Shown piece by piece: positions 35,591 to 48,460 of a stretch of DNA of 64,000 nt. Location of the stretch: positions 5,828,001-5,892,000 of the forward strand of contig NC_090363.1 of the NCBI RefSeq assembly GCF_035084215.1, given 5' to 3'. The notes beneath the pieces were generated by a model, which saw only the letters and a program-made list of their open reading frames with translations, searched no databases and was not told the DNA's origin. Position 1 is the first letter of the stretch, and the number at the start of each line of letters is the position of its first letter. This stretch comes from Heptranchias perlo (taxonomy: Eukaryota). Both the position numbers and the translations under genes were made by a program.

Positions 35591-37173
35591 AACTTACAAT
35601 CAGTATGCTTTCCAACAGTCAAAATGATAATTTCGCTATATAGGGAAAATAATGGCCAAAATCATTACAAGAAGACAATCCCGCTGAATGTGTTGAATTG
35701 CAGAATAAAAAAATGAAAGCACAACATAAGAGGATTATTGTCAATGGGAACTAAGTTTCTTGATCTTCTTGCGGAAGAAAAGCTTCATTTGAAAGTAATC
35801 AATTATGTCCTCCCTGGAGTGAAAGATTGCGGTTTGGTGGGAAATAACATGACCCCACATATTTTGTGGCCTGGAATGGAATAAAGGCCGCTCAGATCTA
35901 GGGCATGGCAACTTATATCGGGCAGGAAAGTGGAGTTGAGTTTGAAGATCAGCCATGATCTTATTGAATGGCGGAGCAGGCTCGAGGGGCCGTATGGCCT
36001 ACACCTGCTCTTATTTCTCATGTTCTTTTACACCTGCAACTTTCCTTGTATTTGATTCTATAGCATGACTGTCCATAATTGCAAAAGACGGCCATATAAT
36101 TGGCTGATTAATTCAGAGTTTGCTGCTGCCAGAAATGAGAAACCCAACCTTAGAACTGTAAGGTTACTTTCGAAGGTGCTGTTAAGCCCTACTGTTGGGA
36201 AACTTTAAAGGGAGCTTATCGCTGCCCCTAGGATCTGCTGCAACTTACGTGGGAGTGCATCATTTACACACTGATGCACAAAGCATTAATGTTTCGCTGT
36301 CAAGCTGTGCCGTCCCTCATTTTGTTGAGGAGTAACAGTTACCAAAAAGTGACAAGAAAAATGCAAAATAAAACAATGTCTGGTCATTTTCGGCGAATAC
36401 TGACAGTGCCTCGTTAAATGGAGGTGTTCCCTGTCAGACGTTTAAATGTGATTAGGGCTTATGGGAAACATACTGGTTATTAAATGGAGCATTTCTTAAC
36501 GAAGTAAACTTAAGCTTCTTCAATATGCTACATACCTGAATAGCAATTTGAACTCCAGGGATTTATACATATCTATCTGTAAAATATGCAACACAGATTA
36601 GGTTTTCCTTAGTTATGAAGAAAACAGCGTATAGTTTTATTTTACTTTTGTGTTTACAGCGGTTTTCTTACACGTCACTTGTCATCGCTCCAAAAAAGAT
36701 GACGTGGTGCAAATATCTTAGCACAACCGTTGACGCCAGTTTTGCTGCTTTACCAGGTGATGAGGTAGAACAATTGAAAGTGGGCGAACCGGGCCATATC
36801 CAATTTTCCTTGCCCCAGTACAGGTCGCATCTCTACTTATCCTGTCACAGATCTATGGCCAATACCCTGACAGGTCAATGTGAGTGGCGATCCAGGAATC
36901 ACAGTTCGTGGCTTACTGTTTTGTTTTAAGCTCTCGGCGCCGAATCACAAGAACTGCATTTTCAACTAAATGGCTTATTTACTTTAATACTTTAATAACA
37001 GAATGCAACTTGTTAATAATGAAACACTCCTAACATTATGTTACACGAAGATAACAAGTAACATATCCGAGCACAGTTTACCTTACGATACAAAATACAT
37101 GTTTTGCATTTGTGTTTAACAATTAGAATAATTTCGACTATAATTGTACTTCTAAATCCAGCTGCAAATAGAA

Positions 37174-37954
37174 TCATAGAATCATAGAATCATAGAAGTT
37201 ACAACATGGAAACAGGCCCTTCGGCCCAACATGTCCATGTCGCCCAGTTTATACCACTAAGCTAGTCCCAATTGCCTGCACTTGGCCCATATCCCTCGAT
37301 ACCCATCTTCCCCATGTAACTGTCCAAATGCTTTTTAAAAGACAAAATTGTACCCGCCTCTACTACTGCCTCTGGCAGCTCGTTCCAGACACTCACCACC
37401 CTTTGAGTGAAAAAATTGCCCCTCTGGATCCTTTTGTATCTCTCCCCTCTCACCTTAAATCTGTGCCCCCTCGTTATAGACTCCCCTACCTTTGGGAAAA
37501 GATTTTGACTATCGACCTTATCTATGCCCCTCATTATTTTATAGACTTCTATAAGATCACCCCTTAACCTCCTACTCTCCATGGAATAAAGTCCCAGTCT
37601 GTCTAACCTCTCCCTGTAAGTCAAACCATCAAGTCCCGGTAGCATCCTAGTAAATCTTTTCTGCACTCTTTCTAGTTTAATAATATCCTTTCTATAATAG
37701 GGTGACCAGAACTGTACACAGTACTCCAAGTGTGGCCTCACCAATGCCCTGTACAACTTCAACAAGACATCCCAACTCCTGCATTCAATGTTCTGACCAA
37801 TGAAACCAAGCATGCTGAATGCCTTCTTCACCACCCTATCCACCTGTGACTCCACTTTCAAGGAGCTATGAATCTGTACTCCTAGATCTCTTTGTTCTAT
37901 AACTCTCCCCAACGCCCTACCATTAACGGAGTAGGTCCTGGCCCGATTCGATCT
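37174..37954 (-). mobile_element. Young 5'-truncated CR1 inserted into the gene C tail, 8-bp target-site duplication AAATAGAA
   Basis: RT C-terminal ORF 37262..37912; AAATAGAA at 37166-37173 and 37955-37962; the empty site is present in gene A (ttctatttgcag). Confidence 0.93.
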
Positions 37955-38180
37955 AAATAGAAACTGTCCAAAATGCCAATCGGTTTAGATTTACACTTTT
38001 CAACTGAATACTTGCCTGTCAGGTCAATTTCCTCTCGCTTTGCAATGAATGCAATAGAAGAACCTCGAGACTCCCAGAAATCCACGAGATAAATTGTTAT
38101 AATGATGAGCACAACAAACACTGCAAGTTTCACTCCTATTTCAAGCAGCGACCTTCCGCTTTTATTCAGTAGGTTCCGAT
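37897..38180 (-). CDS. Gene C stalk/TM(Lys)/tail exon
   Basis: ttctccatAG|AT; HRNLLNKSGRSLLEIGVKLAVFVVLIIITIYLVDFWESRG...ILDSFYL then CR1-derived DRIGPGPTPLMVGRWGEL*. Confidence 0.8.
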
Positions 38181-40188
38181 CTATGGAGAACGAAATAATC
38201 ACTTTCAGTAATTACTTTCTTTAGTTAACTACAGGGCCTCCCTGAACATTCACTAGGCTTGTGCCCATTTCATTTATCACTCTTAAACTCAGCTTGTTCG
38301 GAACACGTATTCGTGTGATTTGTAGAAATCTAGCTTTGTATCAATGATTCCTATTGTCATTCGGTCTAATTCGCCTTTATCCCTGACGTCGACCTCCTCT
38401 ACTATTTCTCAATAAAGGCAGATATGAAGTAATCATTTTAAAACCCCGCTATTTATTTGACCCCGGGTTTTAGATTGCTATTCTCATCCGTCTTTCTGAT
38501 GAGACGTTAAAATGAGGCCCCGCCTACCCTCTCAGCTGGGCATAAAAGATCCCGCGGCACTATTTCAAAGAGCAGGGGAGTTCTCCCCGGTGTCCTCGCC
38601 AATATTTATCCCTCAACCAACTTCACTAAAAACAGATTATTTAGTCATTATCACACTGCTCTTTCTGGGACCTTTCTGTGCATTTCCTACATTACCACAG
38701 CGACTATACTTCAAAAGTACTTCGTTGGTTGTAAAGCGCTTTTGGACAGCCTGAGGCCGTGAAAGGCGCTATATATAAATGCAAGATTTTCTTTCTTCTT
38801 TCAAGTAGACAAACACTTTCTTGAACCCACTATTTGCTCCCCCCTTCTATATACACACACACATATATATATAGGGCATAATCTTAGAATAAGGGGCTGC
38901 TCTTTCAAAACTGAGATGAGGAGAAACTTCTTCACTCAGAGGGTAGTAGGTCTGTGGAATTTGCTGCCCCAGGAAGCTGTGGAAGCTACATTATTAAATA
39001 CATTTAAAACAGAAATAGACAGTTTCCCAGAAGTAAAGGGAATTAGGGGTTACGGGGTGCGGGCAGGAAATTGGACATGAATTTAGATTTGAGGTTAGGA
39101 TCAGATCAGCCATGATCTTATTGAATGGCGGAGCAGGCTCGAGGGGCCGATTGGCCTACTCCTGCTCCTATTTCTTATGTTCTTATGTTCTTATGTAAAA
39201 ATGCTTTATCTAAACACATCAATCTTACTTCCAATGTCTCTCGCTTGGCTTCTGCAATTATTGTTCTTGCGTTTTTCGACTTATAATTTAACCACCTCCT
39301 CAATACCACATTTCTTGTATTGATAAACATCGAGTGATAGCTGCTTACATTATATCCCTTTCGAAAGCCGTTGCAATATTATCACAGAAACATTCTCCGG
39401 GACATGATAGGAATCTGGAAATTCTCTCATAAAATACAAACATTTTGCAAGATAGTCATGCACAGATATAAATTTGAAGCGTTTAATACAGTCGGCAGTT
39501 GCTAATGTTAAAAGAGATGGAATAACTATGGAGGGGTCTTTCTTCTTTCGTTCCTTCTGTCCACCTCCCTCCCTCCCTCTCTCTCCCACCATATAAACTT
39601 ACGTTTAACTGTTAATATTGTTCCTGGTCCAGTGCATTTCCCGAGGAAGAATATATCCACCTGACAGTAATATGTGCCTGAGTCATCCTGTTTCACGTTT
39701 GTGATCGCGATAGAAGCGTTTCGATTCGTTTTGAAAGATGATCTCTCCACCTCAACAATTCTACCCGAGTATTTTGCGGATGAATTAGATATTCTGGACT
39801 CTTCCGTTCCATCTTTTACGTTTTTGTACCAAAAGAATGCCCCGTTGTATTGTACATGAGATGCGCTGTAAGTGCAGAGCAGATGGATTGTCTCTCCCTC
39901 AGTAACCTCAATTGAAGGTGGTGTTTGAAACACTTTGATCTTGCTAGCAGTTGCCCCTGTAAAATAAATGCCCAGGGCAGTTTATCTACAAAGTAAGATG
40001 GGTCCTCCCTGTATGGGTTGCTACAAAAGCTGCGATAACTAAATCATGTCAAATTAGTTTTTGTTTCAACATGTACTTCGAGGCCACCCGTTAGTAAACG
40101 TTGCCACACAAACAGCTAAGGGTAGTAAGGAAGGAAATGGCTTACCAAAGAGTAGCATCAATGTCCACAGTAGGTCAGTGGGATTCAT
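37897..40188 (-). CDS. NCR3: Gene C: NKp30/NCR3-like activating-type receptor, inverted paralog of A; complement(join(37897..38180,39603..39956,40146..40188))
   Basis: Leader MNPTDLLWTLMLLF; V domain differs from A at 24 of 113 residues (manual count); TM SLLEIGVKLAVFVVLIIITIYLV; tail extended and ending in CR1 sequence. The symbol denotes family only. Confidence 0.83.
38495..38800 (+). mobile_element. Deu-SINE in gene C intron
   Basis: gatgagacgttaaaatgaggccc core; ggcgctatatataaatgcaag tail. Confidence 0.8.
38875..39195 (+). mobile_element. CR1 3' end
   Basis: RNFFTQRVVGLWNLLP; (ttcttatg)n tail. Confidence 0.85.
39603..39956 (-). CDS. Gene C V-type Ig exon
   Basis: ttttacAG|GG ... AAAC|GTAAG; ORF 39526..39933. 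Confidence 0.92.
40146..40188 (-). CDS. Gene C leader exon
   Basis: ATG AAT CCC ACT GAC CTA CTG TGG ACA TTG ATG CTA CTC TTT G|GTAAG on the minus strand. Confidence 0.85.
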
Positions 40189-40944
40189 TGCTTCACATTG
40201 ATCTAGAAATCAAAACAATTATTAAAAGCCCCTTCGTTTTAATTATAACATATTTTGCAGAAGTCGAAATAAACGCCTTACATGATAATTCTCCCTATTG
40301 TTCCCTACTAATTCCTCTCCTTATCTGCTGTGGCCCCTTAATGTATGATTTGTATACATTAAATCCGCCCATTAAGACACACTCATGTTACCAATTCTAA
40401 AGGTAGCCCTATATTTACAGGACAGTTGAGACCCCCTTTCCCTATGCATACTTTAAACGTTTTTTGTTCCTACAATTCTGTAATTGGAAACGAGAGCGAC
40501 ACATACCTAGAGGAAAAAAATCAATAAGATATAAATCTGCAAGAAAAATCAGACCCAGAAGTAAGTAATTGTTTTGCTCTTCTGAGAAATATCAGTGTGA
40601 ACAACTAAAATCGGGCTGTAACTAAAATAATTTAATCACTGCGACAGATTACCCCCTTTGGTAATAAATGAAAAGCTATCAACTGAGTAAGCTGTGAAAT
40701 ATCCAGGGAATTACTCACAATGAAAACGAATTCATGCTGTTGCAGAAAGGAGTGTTTGGATGAGCAAATGGTGGAGGTGATCACATGGAATTTCCAGCGA
40801 AAGAATGTGCAAAGCAGTCTCCAAGAGATCAACCCAGAGACAGTTTTGATTTGTCCCTGGAACATTAATAATTCTTTTGGCATTGGAAACTAGGGATGGA
40901 CAATAAATGCCACCGTTGCCAACGACCCAAGAATCATTTTTTTA

Positions 40945-41675
40945 AAAGTGCAATGGGCTGAAATTGTTGGTAGCTTGAATGCTGCGCTATAGATAATGGA
41001 ATAAAGATTAATGTTTGTAAGAACAACGTTGTGAAGTTTTCTAGGAATGCATGTGGAAGCGTGAGTGTTTTAATGGACGAGGAATTGTTGGATCAGGTGA
41101 GACTATTTAAATATCTAGAAGTATAACGACTGAAGATGGCAGATGTGCAGAGGAGGTGAGAGCTAAGATTACAATGGAAAAAATTACACTTAATAGAAGG
41201 AAGAGGATATTGACTGCACAGCTGAATAGAGAACGGAAAAAAAGACTAGTGAAGAGTTTGATATGGAGTGTGGTACAGTACCAGTGCCGAAACATGAACG
41301 CTAGGGGAAGTAGAGGTCAGGCTTCTATAGAACTTTGAGATTTGAGTTTGGAGGTGAAAGGAGAAAGTATATTAACGAGGGAGTGTTGGCAATGATATAA
41401 GAAGAACGTGGTTTCATTGATGTTATCATAAAAAGGAAAATGAATTGGATTGAGCATATGCTGGGAGGGGGGTGGGGGTGAAATGCGGAAAGAGCTGTTA
41501 GAAGGGCGGATGGAAGGAAAAATACCAAGAGGAAGGGGAGCAAGAATGCTTCTGGACCACCTGAAGAATGGGCTCCGTGTGGAGAACTGAAGGGAGAATC
41601 ACAAAGCAGAGTAATTTGGAGAAGAGAGAATTGAGCGAGAAGCAGCCTTAGGCAGATCACTTCTGACGATGACCT
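40945..41675 (+). mobile_element. Degraded RTE-clade LINE 3' part
   Basis: YLESITTEDGRCAEEVRAKI...RKKRLVKSLIWSV. Confidence 0.65.
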
Positions 41676-41934
41676 GTAGATTTATTTATTTTGAGCCCAT
41701 TTATCCCATAGTAGATTGCATTTCATTTATAATAAAGCCATTGATTTTGCTTGAGATATATTTGCTTGGAGAGGCCACATTCCTCATATTTTCCCTATGA
41801 ATATATGGTTACGCCTATGTTGAAATAGCAGCAGTAGAGTTTCATGTTAATGCGTTAGATGTTCACCTACTAATGTCTAGGCCGCTGTAAATTGAAACAT
41901 GTCAATAGAATTATTCCAGATAATACATCCACCC

Positions 41935-42305
41935 CTGCTGTATCATGGCTCAGCGTGTACCACCTACAAGATACATCAACTCGCCAAGCCTTTGGCAGCA
42001 CCTCCCAAACCTGCGACCTCCACTACCTAGAAGGACAAGAACAGCAGGTACATGGGAACTCCATCACCTCCAAATTCCCCTCCATGTCATGCACCATCCT
42101 GAATTGGACATATATCGCCATTCCTTCAATGGTCAAAATCCTAGAACTCCCTCTCTAACCGAATTGTTAGGGAGGATTGTCACCACACGGACTCTAGCAG
42201 TTCGAGGATAAGGAGCATCATCACCTCCTCAAGGGTAGCTAGGTATGGACAATATATGCAGGCCATGGCAAAGACTCGCACATCCCAAGAATGAATTAAA
42301 AAAGT
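41935..42305 (+). mobile_element. Zenon-like LINE 3' end
   Basis: RQAFGSTSQTCDLHYLEG; same family as 53755-54340. Confidence 0.75.
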
Positions 42306-43362
42306 ACAATATATACTTTCTAGCACATTATATTAAATAAATGCAACTAATACTACTAATTCTAAGTCAACAATAGTTTTATACATTACCAAGCATTAAC
42401 ATTCTATTTCCTACATTACAACAGCGACTACATTTCAAAGTACGTCATTGGCTGTAAAGCATTTTTGGGACTGCCTGAAGTTGTGAAAGGCGCGGTATAA
42501 ATGCTTTTTTTTTTATTGCGCACTAGTTGATGCGTACTTGGATAGACCGTGGTATCTACTTTGATACAGAACATATAAATTGCATATTTCATACTAATAC
42601 ATCTGCCTAGTACTATACAAAAATGCAGCTTGAATATGAATTTCAAATTATTTAGGTACTCTATTGGGGGCAACCTCTTACATTCGTGCTTAGTTCTAAG
42701 AGAGCTGGAATTGACGAGGATATTAGATGGGTGGTTGCACTGTGACGTGTGCTTAAATGCTTCTAACCAGCCTTCTATCCGTCTACTGTTGCGTGGCTTG
42801 AGTTTAGAATGTTTATATTTTGAACATTTTCATCCTATTGTCTCATTGAACAGTTTTACACTATCGTTTCGTGGTAGCGGTTTATTTTTATGAACCTTCT
42901 AAACGTTCATTTCAAATAATTCGGGAAAGGCAAAAACCGTTCTTCTGGTAATTATAATGTAATATAGAAATCTCCATACCATGTGGAATCTACCTCTGCT
43001 ATGGTACCATAGATGAAAAAAAATAGATAAACGTATAGAAGTGGTGACATTACGACTGGTTATGCCGAAGAAAGTCCAAATTTTAACATAAGTAATGAAA
43101 TGTGGACATAGGCCTATTTGACTACAGAACTTTGTGGGTTTTATGACCAAACGCCAGCCGTACAGATGTGTACACGGAGCGATTATCACATTCCAAATTG
43201 ATTCTGTAGTGGCAGACATAACCTACCCCTTTAGCTAATTTGACTTATAGTAAATATATCTAAGGATATAGGCGAATCCAATACAAATTATAACATAAGA
43301 AACGTACACTACTAACTAAAATGTAGTCTACAAAGAGACAAATAATCTTAATCTGCACTTAC

Positions 43363-43420
43363 CGTTAATACACGCTATGCTCAGAACATTCTGTCTCACT
43401 TCCCCCTGGGATTACTTACA
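43363..43420 (-). other. Putative non-coding 5'UTR exon end (donor) of gene C
   Basis: ACG|GTAAGT on the minus strand, homologous to the gene A donor at 5936. Exon start is unknown. Confidence 0.45.
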
Positions 43421-45330
43421 TTTGGAGGAGTTTTCTGGCAATGGGCTGACTTGCGAACCAATAACGCTAAGCCAGGTCAAACAGAATGCTTTAGAAAGCG
43501 GATCTTGCAGCCCTAAAGGGGAATATTCATCAAATCACGCTGACTCTTTCGAAAAAGCTCCATGTAGAAAAATTACGTTCGTAATGACCAATACATTATG
43601 AAATGCGGGTCAGCTTCGGATACACAGCACGGGAATTACTCAACTGTTAACCCAATAAAGTGATTTTAGACTGGTCGTGCCCCATGAATGGGAGAAAGCA
43701 GGCCATACATAATATTAGGAAGTAGACATCTAAATTTGCCTAATATGCTAAGGTTCGTTTGAAAATGTAGGTTTGCTGCAAAGCAGAATAGGCCCTCGGA
43801 ATATGGAACAAAACATCTGATGAGATGGATGTTTACCATGTCTGATAATTTCAAAAGTCAGAGAGAAATTAGTTCAGGCTGCCTCGGTTTTGTTCCCGGT
43901 GGGTGCAGGCCCGTGGCATAAAAGTGCCCTCAGTTCATACACTAATTATGGAGTGGGCTAGTATTCCAACTTAGACAAGGCCAAAGACTACTGATGTTGC
44001 AAGTGAAAGTGTCACACTGATACAGCCAGTTATCCGCTTCTGAGTTTAGGGCTGAGATAAATTATTGGGGAAGTGTAAGTCAGCGTTGTGTTGCAACCTA
44101 CTCACGAATTTGCTAATCTTGGAGTGTTTGATGTTGACACTGGATGCCTGAAATATATAAGTTTCCATTCCCCAACATTTTGATCCTGTTTTTGATACAT
44201 GAACTGTTAAACAAAACAAAAATTGTTGGTAATGGATAGCAGGTCGCTCAACGTCCAAAAGAGAAACATATGTTGAATGAAATAAAGTCGTCGACTGTAT
44301 GTTTCCCCCAAATATGCGGAAGTAGAATGAAAGTTTTTGATTTTTCAATCGTTGTTAATTATCTGTCGATGGGACAATCAATCTCTACAAGCGTCATTTT
44401 GTGTATTACAAAAAAAGTTACGGCGAATTTTGCTCAGGGAAGAGAAACCGACAACATGGCAATGTAAGATTTATAGAAATTGCAAAAAATAACGACAATA
44501 ATATGGCAAAAAACAAAAAAATGCATCTATATAGAGGACCTTTTAACGTGTTTCAGAAATATCTGAAACCATTTAACATGCAATGGAATACTTCGAAGTG
44601 CACCCGTTACTGTGTACATAAATGCAACAACCACTTCTTCCTACAGCAAGATTCCATGTCCCAGAAATAAGGTGAATGACCAGTGAAACTACTTTTGAAA
44701 CAAAAACAGAAAATGCAGGCACTAAGTAGGTTGGGCAGAATCTGTGGAGGGGACTTGTAAGTTGACGTTTCACCTATGGACTGTTCATCAGAACCACCAG
44801 TCATTTTTTTTTCAGAAGGGAAATGCTGGCCAGGACAGTGGGAGGAATCTGACTTCTTCTGAGCGTGCTATTGAACCAAAAGCAAGGAAGCACGCAGACA
44901 GCATCCGAATTCAGCGCTGAGAGGAAAATAAGTCAGGGGATCACACACTTAAAACGCTACTCTCCCAATTTGCTTTCCATTCATTTAAATGGATATACGG
45001 TCTAAAAGATCACGGAAATTTGGGCGTGAATGATTTATGCGTGTAATTGTGATGCGCCCAAATCTCCTCGAACTTTTACGATCATCTATCGATCCCTGCG
45101 CCCGAACGCATCTTCTCTCATTGTAATGGCCCCGCCCCCAAGCTGCAGGACATTAAACGTGAATTTCTTACAATTTCGCTTGCTCAGAGGTTACCTTCAA
45201 ACTACGAACAGATTTTCAAGTGCACATGCACCCGTTCTCACCTGAAGCGGGCGCAAATCCAGGAAACATTGAAACCATTCTCATCCTGTGAACCCAGGCC
45301 GCCATTTTCCAGTCCTTTTGAGAAATAAAA

Positions 45331-47150
45331 ATGGCTGTTTTGTTGGCTCTACCCCTCCTTGCCATTATCACGGAGGAGGAGAAACAGTAGGAAGAGAACT
45401 AGACAAAGGAGGCAAAGAGAATGAAGCACCACTAGTGGGAGACATAGACATAGAAAATAGGAGCAGGAGTAGGCCATTCGGCCCTTCGAGCCTGCTCCGC
45501 CATTCAATAGGATCATGGCTGATCCTCTATCTCAATACCATATTCCCGCTCTCTCCCCATACCTCCTGATGCCTTCTGTGTCTAGGAATCTATCTAGCTC
45601 CTTCTTAAATATATTTAGTAACATGGCCTCCACAGCCTTCTGTGGTAGAGAATTCCACAGATTCACCACCCTCTGAGTGAAGAAACTTCTCCTCATCTCA
45701 GCCCTAAATGTCCTACCCCATATCTTGAGACTGTGACCCCTTGTTCTGGATTCCCCAGCCAGGGGAAACATCCTCCCAGCATTCAGTCTGTCTAGCCCTG
45801 TCAGAATTTTATATGTTTCAATGACATTCCCTCTCATTCTTCTAAACTCTAGTGAAAATCTCTTCTGAAAATCCAAATAAACCACATCCACTGGTTCTCC
45901 CTTATCCATTCCACCAGTTACATCCTCAAAAATCTCCAGTAGGTTTGTCAAATATGATTTCCATTTCATAATTTCATGTTGACTTTGTCTAATCCCGTTG
46001 ATATTTTCTAAGTGTCCTGTTATCACATCCTTTACAATAGACTCTAGCATTTTCCCTACTACTGATGTTAGGCTAGCCGGTCTGTAGTTCCCTGATTTCT
46101 TTTTCCCTCCTTTTTTAAATAGTGGGGTTACATTTGCCACCCTCCAATCTGCAGGAACTGTTCCATAATCTATAGAATTTTGGAAAACAGCCCACACGCA
46201 TGTACCCAGACCAAAGAGCGTTTAGGCCTCAATTGACATTCGAGAAGGTGTCTGAGGAGCTGACTGTGCGATGAGACCATCGGAAGACTTGCTCAGCGAT
46301 TAATTAAAGCTCCGGGCCACATGCAGCAGAGCCTAAACTGAACAAATGAAGGTAACGGCGGCCTTCAACATTTACGGGCATCCACGGGCGAACTCTGCAG
46401 GATTAGTCAAAGGACAGTGAGGGCCTGCATTCAGCGGGTGACTGACGCCCTTTTATGTCCGACTGAGGAATTCGTCAGGTTTCACATGTCTGCGGCAGAG
46501 CAAAGGCATAGGCCATTAAGTTTCTACAGGATTGCTGGCTTCCCAGAGAGAGCAGCCATTTAAACATACGCCTTGGACCAGCGGCTCCCCATCAGAACCC
46601 ACAAAGCTACGTGAACAGAAAGAGCGACCATGCCCTCAAGGTTCAAATGGTCCACGATGCCCGGCTGCGCGTCTTGCAGGGAAATGCGCAGCAAATGGGG
46701 GTCAGTCATTGCTCACTGTTTTGTGCGGTCATCGCACACATGCTCGGAAATCGGGGGCGAATGGATCCTCCATGATAAGGCTTACCTCTTGCTGACATGG
46801 CTGTGCGTCGCACAGACCCGAATCTGAGGAAATATAAATCCAAATACATGCATTCACCAGGCAGGTGGTTGAGAGGCCCATCGGGGTGCTGAAGAGTTTC
46901 TTCAGGTGTTTACACAGGTCTGGGAGAGTTGTCCAATACTGCACAGAGATGGTAGTGGGGTAAGTCGTCGTGTGCAATTATGCCATGACAGAACGTCTGG
47001 ACCTTGACGGACTGGGGTGGAAGCTAATCAAAGTAGAAGAAACGGGACAGTGGGGGCCAGAGCTAAGGGACGTGGCGAGTCCATAGGAGGAATCCCGTTG
47101 AGGGGGCAGGGTGGTTAACACAGTTTGTGACACTGGCTTTAACCCGTTGA
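45331..47150 (+). pseudogene. Decayed PIF/Harbinger (HARBI1-type) DDE transposase, interrupted by CR1
   Basis: YPDQRAFRPQLTF, IAGFP, GEWILHDKAYLLLTWL, HAFTRQVVERPIGVLKSFFRCLHRSG, with stops and frameshifts. Confidence 0.8.
45443..46187 (-). mobile_element. CR1 (internally deleted RT + 3' end) nested in the Harbinger
   Basis: ORF 45532..46197: VPADWRVANVTPLFKKG...DVVYLDFQK joined to FSLEFRRMRG. Confidence 0.88.
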
Positions 47151-47639
47151 GCGCTCCCGCAGAGGTTGCAAACAGAAGAAAGTTCAGACATAGCTCTCTT
47201 TAACTTCCCGGACTGATTTATTTTATTAAAAGGCTTCATATGATCAGTAAACTTTAAATAGAAATTTTAAGTAATAACTACAAATGAAAACTACATTGCC
47301 TGGAAAAGGTTAACTATACTTAACCACGTGAATAAATTTAACAGGAACTCCAATAAACCTTAACTAGACCCTGAAAATCTAGTTTCATTGCAAACAGTGC
47401 TTTATGGCAATGTTAAACTTATTTTTTTTTAGAAATGTGAAGAAATATTTACAACGATAAACTTTTAATGAACATTAAGCAACATTACGAACTATTGGAA
47501 ACCTGAGTTAAACTAATGTAAACTTTAGCAACGTTGGCAAACTTTGACAAAGTTAAATAAAGATTTACCCCTTTTAAATGAAAATATTTTTACTTAGCAA
47601 CAATAAAACTTCCAAAACAAGGTCGTCATCGAACAAGCA

Positions 47640-48460
47640 AAAGATGGCAGTGACGGTCACAATCTACCAGCTAGTCAGCTGCTCTGCGTGATGTTAGTGT
47701 TGTGCATTGAAGTAACCTCGGAGGACGTATTCGTGAGAAGCCCCATGTTACTGCTGATGGATCCAAGAGTCCTCATGCCCCTCTGATGCTCCACCACCTG
47801 GTGCTTCTTCAGGCCTGCGGCGGTCAAGTCACACACGAATGGCCCCAGTCAGTGACCACCTTCTAGTTAGTTTCTTCGGAGAGGTGGCGGCACCTTTCAA
47901 CTTATCAGAGTCTCCCCGTTCCCAGAAAATGGACTGTGACGCTGGACAGCTCTCCTAGCCTTGAGGCGCTTGCTCGCCCCAGTGGAATGTGTCCACGCTG
48001 GTACCTGGTTGAGGAGAGACTCTAGCTCTGCTTTGAGGTGGCCTGAACGTGGGGAGTAAGGGTTGGGGGGTGAACTCCTAGGAAAGAAGGGAGGTGTGCG
48101 GTTCTGGCTTTCCATCGACTCCTCAACTGGAAGCTTAATGGGGACAAGTTGCTAGGGTCTGCAATCTCCAGCTCCTCTGGAACTTGCTCCCCTCCCTCTC
48201 CCCCATCCTTGCCCACTCCTCCACCTCTTCGACCCCTCCTCCACCACACACTACCCCCTGGCGCCTTGAATGACCTGTAGGGGCAATTTAAAAATTGTTC
48301 AAATGGTTGCCTTTGCCAGTGCTGAGATGCCCCATGGGGAGATGAGTAGGGTATGTCTGGGCCCCTGAGGATGCTCTATGTCATCCAGGAGGGCCTGAAG
48401 GTCGCCTTGCACAAAGTTGAAGGCTCGTTTCCTGACAGCCTTCTGCTGTGAATCAGTCAT
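47640..48460 (-). pseudogene. Harbinger second ORF remnant (Myb/SANT-like)
   Basis: MTDSQQKAVRKRAFNFVQGDLQALLDDIE, convergent with the transposase as is typical for Harbinger. Confidence 0.5.

Larger units (their letters stand above)
32495..44235 (-). repeat. Inverted segmental duplication, copy 2 (gene C with flanks, enlarged by TE insertions)
   Basis: Same homology blocks, interrupted by Penelope, CR1, SINE and RTE insertions. Confidence 0.85.

Noticed and set aside
37166-37200. Short direct repeats (tagaatca)n resembling an array
   Set aside because: CR1 3' tail microsatellite, not CRISPR or a regulatory array.
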